Positions 11,960 to 27,701 of a DNA stretch of 64,000 nucleotides are shown in pieces. Every line of letters begins with the position of its first letter. Within the stretch, counting starts at the first letter, position 1. The position numbers and the translations under genes are program-made. The stretch is taken from assembly GCA_951406725.2 (NCBI GenBank), contig OX597818.1, positions 25,234,001 through 25,298,000 of the forward strand, in the 5' to 3' direction. The stretch comes from Octopus vulgaris. Lineage: Eukaryota. Under the pieces are notes generated by a model, which saw nothing but the letters and a program-made list of their open reading frames with translations, did no database searches and had not been told where the DNA came from.

Positions 11960-13320
11960 TATTTTCTGTGCAAGGCAACTCCAAGAGAAAAGCAAGGAAT
12001 GATAAAAAATCCACTTTTCTTGTTTTCTATGACTTGGAAAAGCATTGTTAGTGTTCTAAGAATTGCTATGCAGAAGAGTCGTCATTGTTTTGGATGTCCC
12101 TCTGGTTCAAGCAATGCATGACAATATGCCTGGACGTGTATTCCTCCAGAACATGTTGTCAGAAGAATTTCCAATTATGTGGGGACTAAAACAAGGATGT
12201 GTCTTGGCACCTGTGCTATTCTCCTTGCATCTGGCTGCAATTCTTCATGAAGTTCTTCCAGATAAACCAGGAGTTGACATTAAATATCAATATGATGGAG
12301 GACTTTTCACTTTTAGTAGACTTCAGTCTAAACATCTAACACACATGCAGCACGTCTCAGAACTTCAATATGTTGATGAAAATGCTGCCTTCTATCATAC
12401 AAAAAAAGAACTGCAACAGTCTGTGAACAACTTTGCTATGGCCTACCATCACTTTGGCCTTACAATAAACATCAAGAAAACAAAGGTCCTTGCACATCTA
12501 GCCCCAAATACCATCTTACTAGATTTTGGTGTCACCATTTTGGATACATCTCTTGAAAAAGTAGAGCATTTTCCATATCTAAGCAGCCTTTTATCAAACA
12601 AGTGCACCTCAGAAAAGGATGTGGAACACAGAATTGGAGCTGCACACAGGGTATTTGGAAATGCATTTTCAACAAGAAAGATCTTAACTTAACAACTAAA
12701 ATTATGGTTTATAATGCTGTTGTCATCTCAACTTTACTATTTGGCTGCAAAATCTGGACTCTATATCGTCGTGACATCCAAAAGTTTGAACATTTTCACC
12801 AACAAAAGCTTCGTTCAATCTTAAGTATCAAATGGGAACACAGTGTAACCAACAACAAAGTCTTAGAAAGAACCAACAAAGTATTGAATCACTGATCATG
12901 AAACACCATCTTCAATGGTCAAGACATGTAGAAAGAATGGAAGAGTCAAGGTTCCCACACCAAGTCTTATTCCGCAAGCTCACTTCAGGAAAAGGACCAT
13001 GGGGTTGCTCCCTTTGAAGGTACAAGGACCAACTCAAAGCAACATCTGAAACATAAACCCGAGACTGTAATAAGTGGCAGTGTTCCATCACTATCGGAAC
13101 CAAAAACTTCAAAGCCATCAGAAGAAAAAAAGGAAAAAATCAAATGACAGGAGAGCTTGACAAAATCAACCTCATCCTCCACCAACATTGCCATCCAGTC
13201 AATGCCATTGTCTCTTCTATGCAAGAATTGGTCTACAGAGTCATCAACAGTATCACCATAAAGGAAGTGTTCAGTAAAGAAGAAAATAAATACTTGGATA
13301 TGAGATAAAACCAACAACAA
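11960..13320 (+). mobile_element. Decayed RTE LINE of a second, BovB/RTE-1-like lineage
   Basis: GLKQGCVLAPVLF, ELQYVDE (YADD position), FGLTINIKKTKVL, VEHFPYLSS, YNAVVISTLLFGCKIW and LQWSRHVERM across frameshifts. Ends in a caacaacaa tail. Confidence 0.88.
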
Positions 13321-15727
13321 ATACTAGTTTTCTCTTTAAAGTATAAAGTTTAAAATTGATGGATTGGTTTAAACAGAATTGTTATATAATAGCATTTCAA
13401 ACTTCAAATTATTAGAAATGTTTTTTTTTGTATATTTCATATAATAAAATGTTTAACAAATTTTTTTTTAATAAATGAATATTTTATTTGCAGAATATCA
13501 TGGCCAGTTTAGAAAATATGTAATGTTCAAGTCATTCAAAAAATGTGAGGGGAATAGTATCTGCAAACAAAAAATAAAATATAAGAGAAATAGAGGAAAA
13601 AAACTAAAAGAAATCGTACTAATGAAACGTTAAGAGAAAATAAAAATTAAAATGCATGTGATAGGAAAGAGAAAGTGAACAGAGAGTGGGGTGCTTATCT
13701 GCGTGCTATTTTAATTCTGGGTAAAATTTTGCATTTAATACAATAGTTACACATATGAGTAGTTGGTGATGCTAAGTATAAGGCATTGCTTAAACATACT
13801 CTAAAATACTGTGCTGTTATATCAGTTGTGTAAATAGAAAAGACCCATCTCAAATTAATGAAATGCACAATTGGGAAGGTATCAAATGGAGCATGGTATT
13901 AAACCTATATAGTCACAGTCTAGACAAGGATGCTTATATATTGTTCACTATCTTTTTCACATGCAGTCTTTAAATATATGAATTAAAAAAGTCTTCATGT
14001 CTTTTTTGCTATTATTACTAAAGAAACCTATTGGTTTAGTCCTTTTCTTTTTCAGTTACACCTAATAAACATAATATTAAGAGCACATTCTCCAAATGTT
14101 ATGTTGGTCACTTCTATTTTCCTTTCTATCCACTGTTACTTTAAACTGTTGAGAACTATCTTTTCTCCTGAATAGGACACCAGTTCATTCTAAATGTTTA
14201 ACAGACTTCATTTGAACTTACAATTAAGCTAACAAAATATTACTTATAGAATATTTATACTGTTTGAAATTTTGCTTTCATCAAATACCATAGCTATATA
14301 TAGTGGGTCAACAAGAAGTAGCGTATGAGTCCATTTATAAAGTGCTGAACTGATGAGATATATATTGGCAATCCACTAGACTAATTCCTGATTGCTTTGA
14401 TCCTCATTAAATTCAAATTTAAAAATCAGATTTAAGACAGAAAGGCATTTATACATTTAGAGTTCTATACTCTTATTTTACTGAGGTAATTAGGATACAA
14501 TCTACATAAAATTGCTCCCAGATCAGCTAAAGCTACAAGCATTTGCCCCAACTATTGGTATTAATACTGCATATTTTTCTATTGATATTTGATCAAGTAA
14601 CTCATTAGGTTCCACTACAATATTCACAATGTAGCACCCTTAAAAAGCTATATTTTCCTCCTGTCTATTTTAAAGATATAATTGTGACTACATCTTGTAT
14701 GTGGAGTTCCTATGAAATATAAAAAAGCCTAGTGCTGTCATATGTAGGGAGTACAGTTGTAGCAGCAGTACATTATTCACAAGTAAAGAATTAAGAGAGT
14801 GCCTTTGCCTCTTTGAAACTGAATCAACAAATTGCCAAGTAAAAATCACAACACTGCAACATCTTGTTCATATGAGTGGCTGAGTTATGGACTAATCAGC
14901 AGCCAGACATCTCATGATAGGTCATTCTAGAAGTTGCCAGGATATGTTTTGAGCCCCAACTATGCAATGTTGAAGATGACTGGGTGAAATGTCATCTTCG
15001 CTCTCGTCAGGCAATTTGAGCCTAGACCAGCTGATTCGTTCATTTGCTGCTTTTCAAAGTTGTTCTAATGGCTATTTACTCAACCTAGTGGACAGTAGCC
15101 ATAGTTCACCATCATGAACCCTGTCTTGGCAGCTTCATTACAGAACCTTTTTAATCAACTATTTGTAAGAGCTACAGAATTGTTATTTCCACAACAGCCT
15201 CACTACAGGACATTTTGAAAGCTCCCATGAATGAAAGATATGCAGATTTGGTATGGAATTTTAAGATTGTGAGTTGATTTTGTCAACAAGTAGAAAATAA
15301 GTGAAGATTATTAAATCATAATGATGATATTTGCTCTTGCACATCTCTGACTGAGGAGGCTTACAATTAAAGGTATTCCAGGTGTAACCATTTCATCTTT
15401 TTTCCTGGGTACAGTGTATCTTGGACTACACTATTTATTGTTACTCTTTCTAAAACAATAAAATGCAATTTGTAGGAAATTAAGTGACCATATTGTTGGC
15501 TCATTAGGTAATTATTCTTGTTTAGCTCTACGTTGTGATCAAACATACTTATAGTCAAAGACAGTTCATTGTGATCATCTTATCTTTTTGCAATATATCT
15601 ATGACTGCATTATGCAATGTATCTATCATTTTTCAGAGTAGTAGTATGTGATTTGGAGATTTGGCTTCTTTTTAAACTAGACTGAGTGACTGAACAGAAG
15701 TTTCCTCATTGGCTCAATGATGTAGTC

Positions 15728-16013
15728 CAGTGCTACTCAAAGTGGTGGTCCACGGACAGGTGCCAGGCTGTGAGCCATCAGCTGCCGGTACATGGCAAGT
15801 TTCCAGAAAAGAAAGAAACATTATAAAATGCTTATGAAATGCTTATTGTATTATTTGTTTACAAAATAAATATAAGATAAAAATAATTGTCAACTTTTAT
15901 TATATTCATTATATATATTGTTTTCAGTATAAATTAATATTACTAAGAAATAATACTGGTCCCTGGCACATTGGAGAAAAAAACTGCCACATCAGATAGT
16001 TTGAGAAACACTG
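15728..16013. mobile_element. hAT-Charlie (MER5-like) MITE
   Basis: TIRs CAGTGCTACTCAAA / TTTGAGAAACACTG. 8-bp TSD ATGTAGTC (15720-15727) / TTGTAGTC (16014-16021). Confidence 0.85.
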
Positions 16014-17139
16014 TTGTAGTCTACCTGGGAAGGCTTGTAGTTAGGTAACAAAGAGGAAGTAATTGGCATAAAAAAGTAGAAGTGAGAAAAAAAAAAAACG
16101 TGAACATAGGTCCAACTTATCAGATTGGAAACTAGAGAAGTTTCTATCAACACATGCTGACATTGAGCAAATTGTTAGTAGGTTTCTCCAAATGATCACT
16201 TTATGTGCAGTCCATAGTAGGTAGCAATGCCAAAAGATACACATGCCAGATATGTTTAGAATCTTTGTTGATGTTAAGCCTGATAATGTTTTACCTAACA
16301 TTTTTCAATAAAGTGACTGCTTTTATGAATAAAAGAAAACAACTTGCCAGTAGATCAAAATCTTCATAACTGGTGCTGATATAGATTTGGGAGAGATATA
16401 CTGCAGTAAGTGTAAGAGGCTTGTAGAAAGCAAGGCTAATGTAATTGCTTTTCTTTAGAAAGTTGGGCACATTGTTACATGTTTCTACATTTTGGGCTAT
16501 ATACACACACACACACAAAAAAAGAAAGAACTGGGAAAGTTTGAGGACAAAGAAGTAATGAAAAGGTAAGAGTGAGAGAGAGAGAAAAGCAAAAACAGGA
16601 AGAGAAAGAGAGAGACATAGACAGAGAGATATGCAAAGAAAGATTGAAATGAGGTTAACGAGGTTTAAATAACATCATAATTTTATGTATAATTTCATTC
16701 ATAAAAATCATCAGTCATTTTCCACTGTCTCATTAAGAAAACTATTTGCATAATTAATTGACAGTCTATCTAATTTAGATGGCATCAGCCAATTTTAGAA
16801 TTTTGGTGGGTAGAGATTGGGTTTCTCATTGCTTTTAGATCATAAGGTTTCTTAAAGTGCATAATTACAATGAAAAGTTTATTAACATTTTTTTTTATTG
16901 CTTCATCAGGGACTGTACTTGTCACCTTGTATTTTTCAAGGCCTACAAAACTGGTGGAAGAAAGTGAGAAAGTTATCTTCAAACTATAGATCTGGCTTGA
17001 ATCCTTGCAACAGAATTAATTCTATCAAGGACACCTAAGGATCATTTCATGATGTTAAACTAGTTGACAAATTAAATCTAACACCCAAGAACACTGAAGG
17101 TGAAGCATCTCATTTGATTCTCGAATAATTACACCATTC

Positions 17140-17290
17140 CACTGCTCTGGACTGATTCTTTGTTTTATGGATCCTTAAGGGATGAAAGACAAAGCTGACC
17201 TTGGCGATATTTGAACTCAGAATGCAGAAATCCAGAACAAATGCTTAACTAATTTTATCCTATGTTTTAATGACTGCTAATTCACTACAA
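17140..17290 (-). mobile_element. Decayed SINE family B remnant
   Basis: gggatgaaagacaaagctgaccttggcgatatttgaactcagaa matches 40370-40412. Confidence 0.55.
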
Positions 17291-18539
17291 TAATTACAAA
17301 TGTTTTATCACTGTGATCACTTATACTGAAGTATGCATTCAAGATGTGCAACTAATAAACTACTACTTCATTTCTGTTTGTTTCACATTTCTTCACTTTT
17401 TTACTTACTTATTATTCTGTTATTTTAACATTTTTAATTATACTATATAATCAATGCTCAAGTTCACCTTGCATGTTCATCACACTGCTTCAATTCTATC
17501 TTCTTCAAAACTAAATGAAGTTTTCAATAGTTTGCCAAACTATAGGGGTTACAATTTAGAGTACAAAATCTAGATGTAACAGTTCAATGTTTTGTCTAAA
17601 GAGTCAAAATTAATTAGTGATAGGTACTTTGACAACTATTTTACAGAAATTTTTTTTATTAGATTATATTTGAATTATTTCACAGAGTCAGCTGACTAAT
17701 GCTGATACAATCTTTCCTAAACATGCGCTAGGTTTTTTTGAATATGCTGTATATTTTTGGAAAATTTTACTCTATATTTTCAGAGATATGTATTGAGATT
17801 TGCTAGTGCAATTAATCATTTATTTGTTTTGAAAAGTTTTATTACTTCCTTTGACTATTTATATTTGTTTATCTGCATGGTAGTACTCATGATCTTTAAG
17901 CCCTTCTTGACAGAAGATTTTAGTTGATGCTTTAGATTGTTTCAAGTTAGTATATGGAGAAAGCATGGAGTTTCCCTTTACAGGGAGTAAAATTTGGACA
18001 AAAAAATTTTAGTACTTAGACAACAAACTGCTAATTACAGGACATCAGTGTATGAAAGTTCCTAAGGACATCCAGCTTCAAGCCTATAATTGCAACAAGA
18101 ACAATAGGGAATAGCATGAGACTAAAGATAGAGATGTAGTAAACAATCACTTATTCATTAAATTCTTCACTGACCTTATTGCCAATCCCAATTTAGCTTA
18201 AATCACTTTATTACCTAGCCAGAAAAAGTTTGTGCAAGTCAATGGTCTACACTTGATTCTGTCAGAACCAACGGGATTGTAGAGAGTGGGACTCAGTTGG
18301 ATGTTCTGGTTTAGTATACTAAGTAAATAGCATATTCTTGCATTTGATCTGAAAGGAACTTGTGTGCATGAGTATTTTTGTATATCTGCTTGTGGTTGGT
18401 CATTGTACTATCTCATATATCAGAGAGGTAGTCTGGTCTTGATATATATCAATCTTGTAACTGGTTAGTAGCTGACCAAGCTGATGTAATTGCTGACCCT
18501 AAAATAAAAATGTAGGATTTTAAGGACAATTTAGAGAAC

Positions 18540-18750
18540 CTGAAGCTATCATTTAGAGCACATGAGGTCTTCATGTAAGTTTTTTGGAGATTATTGAGCA
18601 TAGTATATGTCCATGTATTAGATGTGAAGCATACACCATCTAAGGGCAGAAGGAATTTTCATGGAATTGTTAATTCCTTGAGGAACATGACATATTTTTT
18701 GTGGTGCATCTGAGCACTGTATACAATAATTTCATTATTATTATTTTATT
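18540..18750 (+). mobile_element. Decayed CR1 3' remnant
   Basis: Ends tgtggtgcatctgagcactgtatacaat(aat/att)n, the same terminus as the CR1 at 46762-47268. Confidence 0.5.
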
Positions 18751-18931
18751 ATATATATTTTAGTACTATTAATGGCATTTTATGAAGCAATATTTACATC
18801 CATTTATTTCACCCATGACAAATAATTCTTCAATAATGTTAATCAAATAGTTAAAAAAATACTAAATTCTTCATATTGTCTTGAAATGAGAAAAATATAT
18901 TTCAATGCTTGTAATACTGTTCCTAAATTAC

Positions 18932-18966
<35 letters not shown>

Positions 18967-19267
18967 TGTATGTATGTATGTATGTATGTATGTATGTATT
19001 TATGTATGTATGTATCTATATGAATTTAATGTACAACGTATAGATTCATATAATCCAATGGTAATTACAGAAAAGCTCTTTTTGTGAACCTGGTTACATA
19101 CCACATACTAAACAAATGCATAGTAGTGTAATTTAAACTATTTTTGCATGATGTTGGCTGTGAAATGCCTGTCATCCTATGGATATCACCTAGGGAAATA
19201 AATATATTCATCTCATACCTCTTGACTTTCTTTATGTTCTCTCGCCACCTCTCCCTCTCTCTCTCTA

Positions 19268-19321
<54 letters not shown>

Positions 19322-19358
19322 TACATACATACATACATACATACATGCATGCATACAT

Positions 19359-19392
<34 letters not shown>
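18932..19392. repeat. (TATG)n and (TA)n/(TACA)n microsatellites (18932-19017 and 19255-19392)
   Basis: Read directly from the sequence. Confidence 0.9.
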
Positions 19393-19393
<1 letters not shown>

Positions 19394-19399
19394 TTCTAT

Positions 19400-19780
19400 C
19401 TCTGTCTTTTATCTTTTACTTGTTTCAGTTATCACACTATGGCCATTTAGTCAAATGAATTGACCCCAGTACTGTTTTTTAAGCCTGGTACTTATTCTAT
19501 TGGTTTCTTTTGCCGAACCACTAAGTTACTGTTGTCAAATGGTAGTGGGGGATAAATACAGACGCAAAGATGCATACACACACGCATATGTGTGCGCGCA
19601 AACACAAACACACACATATGATGGGTTTCTTTCAGTTTCCATCTGCCAAATTCACTTACAAAGCTTTGGTTGGCCTGAGGCTAAAGTAGAAGACACTTGG
19701 TCAAAGTTCCATGCAATGGAAATAAACTTGGAACCATGTGGTTGGTAAGAAAACTTCTTACTACACAGTCATGTCTGCGT
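19400..19780 (-). mobile_element. tRNA-SINE family A, near full length
   Basis: Colinear with 27702-28114, including the central CA-rich spacer. Confidence 0.82.
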
Positions 19781-21379
19781 CTACATGTATGTATGTAAGT
19801 ATGTATGAATGTATGTATTTAAGTGCATGCGTGTGTATGTTAATGACTTAGAAGAAGGGTAGTGCCCATGGCAGACTGATTGCAGTAACATTGTGTTTTC
19901 AGCAGAGTGGACTCTACTAAAGGCACCCAAAGCTCAGCTGGGATGTTAAGCCAAGTCATGAATTAAGTTTACTACTCAAGATCAGTACTGTTGACTGGTT
20001 TCTTGCTCAGTTTTACAGTGATCAAATTTCACTTAAAATGCTTTGGTCATCTTGAGACTGTGGTAGAAAACATTTCCTCAAAGTAGTGTATGAGGTTGCA
20101 CCCTAAGCTATGTGGTTGGATTGAACTCAAAATAGCACATGCCTGAATCCACATGGATACGAAGGAAAGAGAGGGAGAGAGAAGGAGAAGGGAGAAGTGA
20201 GAGAAGGAAAGAGGGGAGAGAAAGGAGATTAAAAAAGAAAGGAGTAGAATGTTCAACATTCTAAGCTGGAGAGGGAATATTGATATTACTTCTTTTAGAA
20301 AAATCCTTATTATTGCCCATGGATCATCTTGAAGTATTTTAAAAAATATTTATTCATAATTTTCTATGTGATCTTTTGAAGGGTAATGTATCATATTTTG
20401 TTTCAGGACTTCTTTTTTGCAGAGCATCTGAGATTTATGGAAGGAAGGGAGAAAGTTCTGACTAGAAATTGGTCTGAATGCTTATTATGAAGTAGACTTT
20501 TCCAAAGGGGCCCAGGGGCTAGTTGGTGGTGTTAAATGGTGAAATGGATTAAGTTTACCACTCAAGAACATGTACCATCAATCAAACAGATTCCATACAT
20601 TAGGAACATGTACAGTCTATCCAACAGATTCTATACACTTACTGTCTATCAAATCTCCCTCTCAAGGCTAAAGTGAACCTGAGGCTATAGTAGAAGACAC
20701 CTGGCTAGATACCCACACAGTAGGATCACACCCAGAACCCTATGGTTGCAAAGCAAACTCTTTTCAGATTAACAAAATCTTCAGATCTAATATATATTAA
20801 TCTTTGACTAGCAGAAGTCCAGATCATATCTAAACTTAGCCTTACCTGATTAATATACATCATGAGATAATAACTTTATTATATTTAAACTTAGTTTTCT
20901 TCGGAGTTATAGGTGATTTTCACTTCAAATTTACTTGTTTGAAAAACATCTATAGAATACTGAAGGTGAATATTTTATGGTAATGGAGATGAGGTGGAAG
21001 AGGAGGAGAAAACCCATGTTAGTAGGATCATATATTGGAATACTCATACAGACAAAATATAATCATTGCAGAATTTGAAATCATATCGATTTATCTTCGT
21101 TACTAACTTGGATCAGTTTTGTAGACACAGAGGTATGAAAAAGACTGATCAATCTCGTCGAAATTTGAACCAAGAACACTGATACTAAACTAATTATATA
21201 AAGCTTCTACCATAACTTTACATTTTGAATTCTTTTGTTATCAAATTTTATAGAAAATGTGGTAGTAAACTTATTCTGTAAAAAAATAAGTAAACAAACG
21301 AAACTGGAAGATATGAGAGAAACTAAAAATAGTTTTGCGGAATGGCGGTGTTGTATTGAATTGAGAGCAGACGATAACC

Positions 21380-21768
21380 AATGCATCACGTGATTAACAT
21401 AAATAACGAGGGCGAGAATTGGACGAGAGCATTGAGCCAAAATGGTGGCCACAGCAGCAGTGGTGGCACAAGCGATTACTGACTGGAATGTACTACTACC
21501 GCTGCCATCCGCGCAACTACTGCTGGCATTTAGTTTACTTACTACTACTCCTTCGACTGTAGTATAAGTACACTACACTATTATTACTTAGGACATACTA
21601 CTATCACTACAACTAAATCGTTTCTACCCCGTCCCCGGCTGCTATCGCTGCAGCAGTCCTCAGTGAAAAGTAGATACGATAAATAGTATTTAGGGAGGCG
21701 CCGCTACCGTTACGACGGATTCATTTGTGTATGGCTGCTGCGACGGCCTGAGCAGTTGTTGTGTTCAG
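21380..21768 (+). promoter_or_regulatory. Candidate promoter and non-coding first exon
   Basis: Abrupt rise in CpG and GC in unique sequence. Palindromic E-box ATCACGTGAT 21385-21394, YY1-like CAAAATGGTGGCC 21438-21450, and a strong donor CAG|GTAAGC at 21768/21769. Confidence 0.55.
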
Positions 21769-21878
21769 GTAAGCTTTGCTTGATCCTTAACTTTTTGCCT
21801 GTGAGAATACCACTACATACAAACTACACGCGCACACACCTCCTTAACCCTTTATAGTTCTTATCTAATGGCTACCTG

Positions 21879-21959
<81 letters not shown>

Positions 21960-23133
21960 GATCAGTCGGAGACTCTGAGGGTGTTCACTTGTTTCATTGT
22001 CTGTATCCCTACAAACATACGTGCAGTATTACTGAAACAAGATTAGGTTTTGGGTAGGGCACAATCTATTGTCTACCTCTGACAGTGATTCGTCATGGGT
22101 TCAATTTCTATGAGTTTTCTTTCTTACTTGCCTTCTCAGACTTTCTTTGTTTAGATCTCCTACAGTTTTTCATGGCTTGTTGTCTGGTTGTCAACAATTT
22201 CCTGCGTTTTCCTTTTTCACTTTTGATCGTGTGCTTCTTTACAAAGCTTGACGTTCCGTCATGATTCAGCTGTAGATGAATACAGTTTGAGACGTGCCGA
22301 CTGGACAAACGATGGACTTCTACCATAAGTCAGACTAATACACACACACTAGTTGTAGATAAGTGTATGTGTAGACACACACACACACATATATACGTAC
22401 ATCGCTACTTATTCGTAATATTTTAGCGGCTCTTTATTGAGAGGAGCATGTGTTACATTGTCACTCTTTACATGTGTGAGCTAGCCTCCTCGTTATGTCT
22501 GATTAAATGTGTTAGAACTGTAACCGCATTTGTACATATACAAAAATTGCCATGATACACTTCCATGAAGATTTAAAGCAAAGATTGAGAAATTTCTGTT
22601 TATAGATAAAAAAAATTATAAATATACCTGTCAATTTGAATATGTAAGATCATATATAATGCTTGTGTGATGATTATTTGTAGATAAGGTATGTGAATAA
22701 GATCGTTGATGTACCGGTCGATAGTCTGTTAATCCCGATGATGACATCTTTTCACTCAATTATATAAATCTCTAAAACCGTATATTTAATAACTAATGTA
22801 GGATTCGTAAATATTGTTTGCTAATCTTCCTTGACTGTAAACTTAAATGTTTTGTAGGTTTCAAACGTTATGAGGTAATTAATGTTTCTCTGTATATGCA
22901 TAATTATCTATCACAGCTAATTTTCACGCGGTTTTATCTCAATTCTCAGTAATAGAACATATTTAAAAAGGAGTTAACTCTTAACTGAAGAAAAAATTAA
23001 TCTATTTCCTTTCGGGCAGTAGGCTCGTCTTTAATGGTGACTTGAAGTAATCCTTGTTTACACTAGGATAGTAGTGGAAGACAAATGTCATGCACACTAA
23101 TGTCACATTGTACTCATAACTATGATGGTAGTG

Positions 23134-25210
<2,077 letters not shown>

Positions 25211-25443
25211 TGGCCTTCTCGCTTGGTCAGCGGAGTTGCGTCATTTGAAGGCTAAAACGAAGCACATTGTGACCAGCGATGTGTAGCAACATCTGATAGC
25301 CTGGTCTGTCACGGTGATATATTCACATATATATACATATATATATGCATGTATATATATATATATATATACACACTCAGATATATACACACACACACAT
25401 ATATATATATATACATACATACATATACACGTGTATATATATA

Positions 25444-25825
25444 CTAGCAGTATCGCCCGGTGTTGCTCAGGTTTGTAAGGGAAATAACTATAAAGCATTT
25501 TTAGAGAATTATAGCCAAAAAACATCAAAAAAATGGGAAAAAATGATGGTAAATTTTTTTGAGAGTTAAAAAGGTGGAGTTGCGTCCCCTAGACAGTTTG
25601 TGGTTTGTGTTTCTGATTCTCGACCCCATGTCGAATTTATCGATTTTTTTCAGAACTGGGGGAACTTTTCAAAATTTTCGCTGCGTTAGTTTTGAATTAT
25701 GACATTGGGCTATGTGTGTGTCAAGTTTCATCAGAATCGGTTGAAAGCCGTGGTCAGGGTGAGGGTACAAGCAAACAGACACACAGAAACACGCACAGAC
25801 AAACTGCCGTTTATATATAGAGAGA
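25444..25825 (-). mobile_element. Non-autonomous Helitron (Lep1-like architecture)
   Basis: The minus strand reads A|TCTCTCTATATATAAA...GT-rich tract...subterminal hairpin CCTGAGCAACACCGGG...CTAG|T, i.e. Helitron TC/CTAG ends in an AT target. Confidence 0.7.
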
Positions 25826-25896
25826 TATACATACATACATATATATACATACAAACAAACATATATATATATATATATACATATATATATACATAC

Positions 25897-26368
25897 AGTG
25901 ATTGGCGTTAGGAAGGGCATCAAGCTGTAGAAACACTGCCAGATCAGACTGGAGCCTGGTGCAGCCTTCTGGCTTCCCAGATCCCTGGTCAAACCGTCCG
26001 ACCCATGCTATCATGGAGAACGGACGTTAAACGATGATGATGATATATATATGCATATATACACACACACACAGACATATATATACATATATACACACAT
26101 ATATACATACATATATATATACATTCCGTGCCCGTGGCACGTTAAAAGCACCAACCGATCGTGGCCGATGCCAGACCGCCCTGGCACCTGTGCAGGTGGC
26201 ATGTAAAAAGCACCCACTACACTTGCGAAGTGGTTGGCGTTAGGAAGGGCATCCAGCTGTAGAAACACTGCCAGACTGGAGCCTGGTGCAGCCCCTGGCT
26301 TCCCAGACCGTGGTCGAACTGTCCAACCCGTGCTAGCGTGTAAAACGGACGTTAAACGATGATGATGA
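25897..26368 (+). mobile_element. Two short RTE 3'-terminal fragments (25897-26045 and 26126-26368) in microsatellite
   Basis: Both have ttggcgttaggaagggcatc...cggacgttaaacgatgatgatgat termini. Confidence 0.85.
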
Positions 26369-26418
26369 TATATATATATATACATATATATATACATACA
26401 TACATACATATATACATA

Positions 26419-26837
26419 TGGTGGCCGCCCCCTCGTTATCGAGTATGGCCACTGCACGAAGCTTAATCAATGTTGTGCAAGAAGTTTTTTTTTTAAAGTG
26501 GGGAAAGGCTGTGCACTGAATCAATCCCACTCACTAAGCAACAGCAGCCATAATCTGAAAAGAAGAACAAGTCAACATCATCGGTAACCACTGAGCCGCA
26601 GGTTTTATGTCGGAGTTATCCCAGTTACCTGAGTTATCTTCTCCTAGAAGGATGCCCTAAGAAAAGCCAGGAGTCCTTCACTCCCAATGGTTTAACTGCG
26701 CGATCGGGTATTCAGTCCAATTATTTCTATGTCCTCGCGCATGATACAGCCTTAAAACATTTATTGGATAGCCGTTGACTCTCAAGAGTTCCTTCGCCCT
26801 TTGACGGGTTTTGTTTTTCATCCCGCAGGGTGTCCAA
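26419..26837 (-). mobile_element. Short non-autonomous RTE derivative (5' UTR joined to 3' terminus)
   Basis: The minus strand carries an RTE-type 5' UTR motif (ggcatccttctaggagaagataactc) and an RTE-type terminus (tggccatactcgataacgaggg). No ORF; flanked by microsatellite. The family call rests on motif memory. Confidence 0.5.
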
Positions 26838-27036
26838 TATATATATATATATATATATTTGAAATTTTTTACTTATATCTCTTTATCTTTTTACTTTTAC
26901 TATTACTGTATATCTCATTTCATTTTATATATTGCCTTTACTCATATGTAATGGTGTATTAAAGTATGGATTGAGTATCATCGGATAGTTGATGTTTTAC
27001 TGATTTAAGTATGTTTCTCCATTCTCTAATTTTGTA

Positions 27037-27092
27037 ATATATATATATATATATATATACATACATATATACATACATATATACATATATAT

Positions 27093-27165
<73 letters not shown>

Positions 27166-27700
27166 CATTATACATACATGTGTGTATATACATACATGTG
27201 TGTATATACATACATGTGTATATACATACATGTGTATATACATACATGTGTATATACATACATATGTGTATATACATACATATGTATATACATACATACA
27301 TATGTATATACATACATATATATATACATACATATATATATACATACATATATATATATACATACATATATATATATACATACATATATATATATACATA
27401 CATATATATATATATATACATACATATATATATATATACACATACATATATATACATACATACATATATATATACATACATACATGTATATATACATACA
27501 TATATACATACATACATACATATATACATACATACATACATATATACATACATACATACATATATACATACATACATACATATATATATACATACATATA
27601 TATATACATACATATATATATATATACATACATATATATATATATACATACATACGTATATATATATATACATACATACATACGTATATATATATACATA
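27037..27700. repeat. (TA)n/(TACA)n microsatellite field
   Basis: Read directly from the sequence. Confidence 0.97.
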
Positions 27701-27701
27701 C

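Noticed and set aside
1036-13560. Scattered exon-like splice signals (~1036-1107, 1536-1640 minus, 4751, 11820, 13494)
   Set aside because: They fall on conflicting strands, give no recognisable peptide and form no consistent phase chain.
14600-15560. Complex, possibly old coding or transposase-derived sequence
   Set aside because: No identifiable motif in any frame.
22108-22326. 72-aa basic ORF on the minus strand
   Set aside because: No recognisable domain or start context. The K/R richness follows from a T/C-rich plus strand.
26930-27025. Minus-strand CCGATGA followed by a TACTCA/TGAGTA stem
   Set aside because: No GAAA follows the stem and stems I and III do not close, so it is not a supportable hammerhead.
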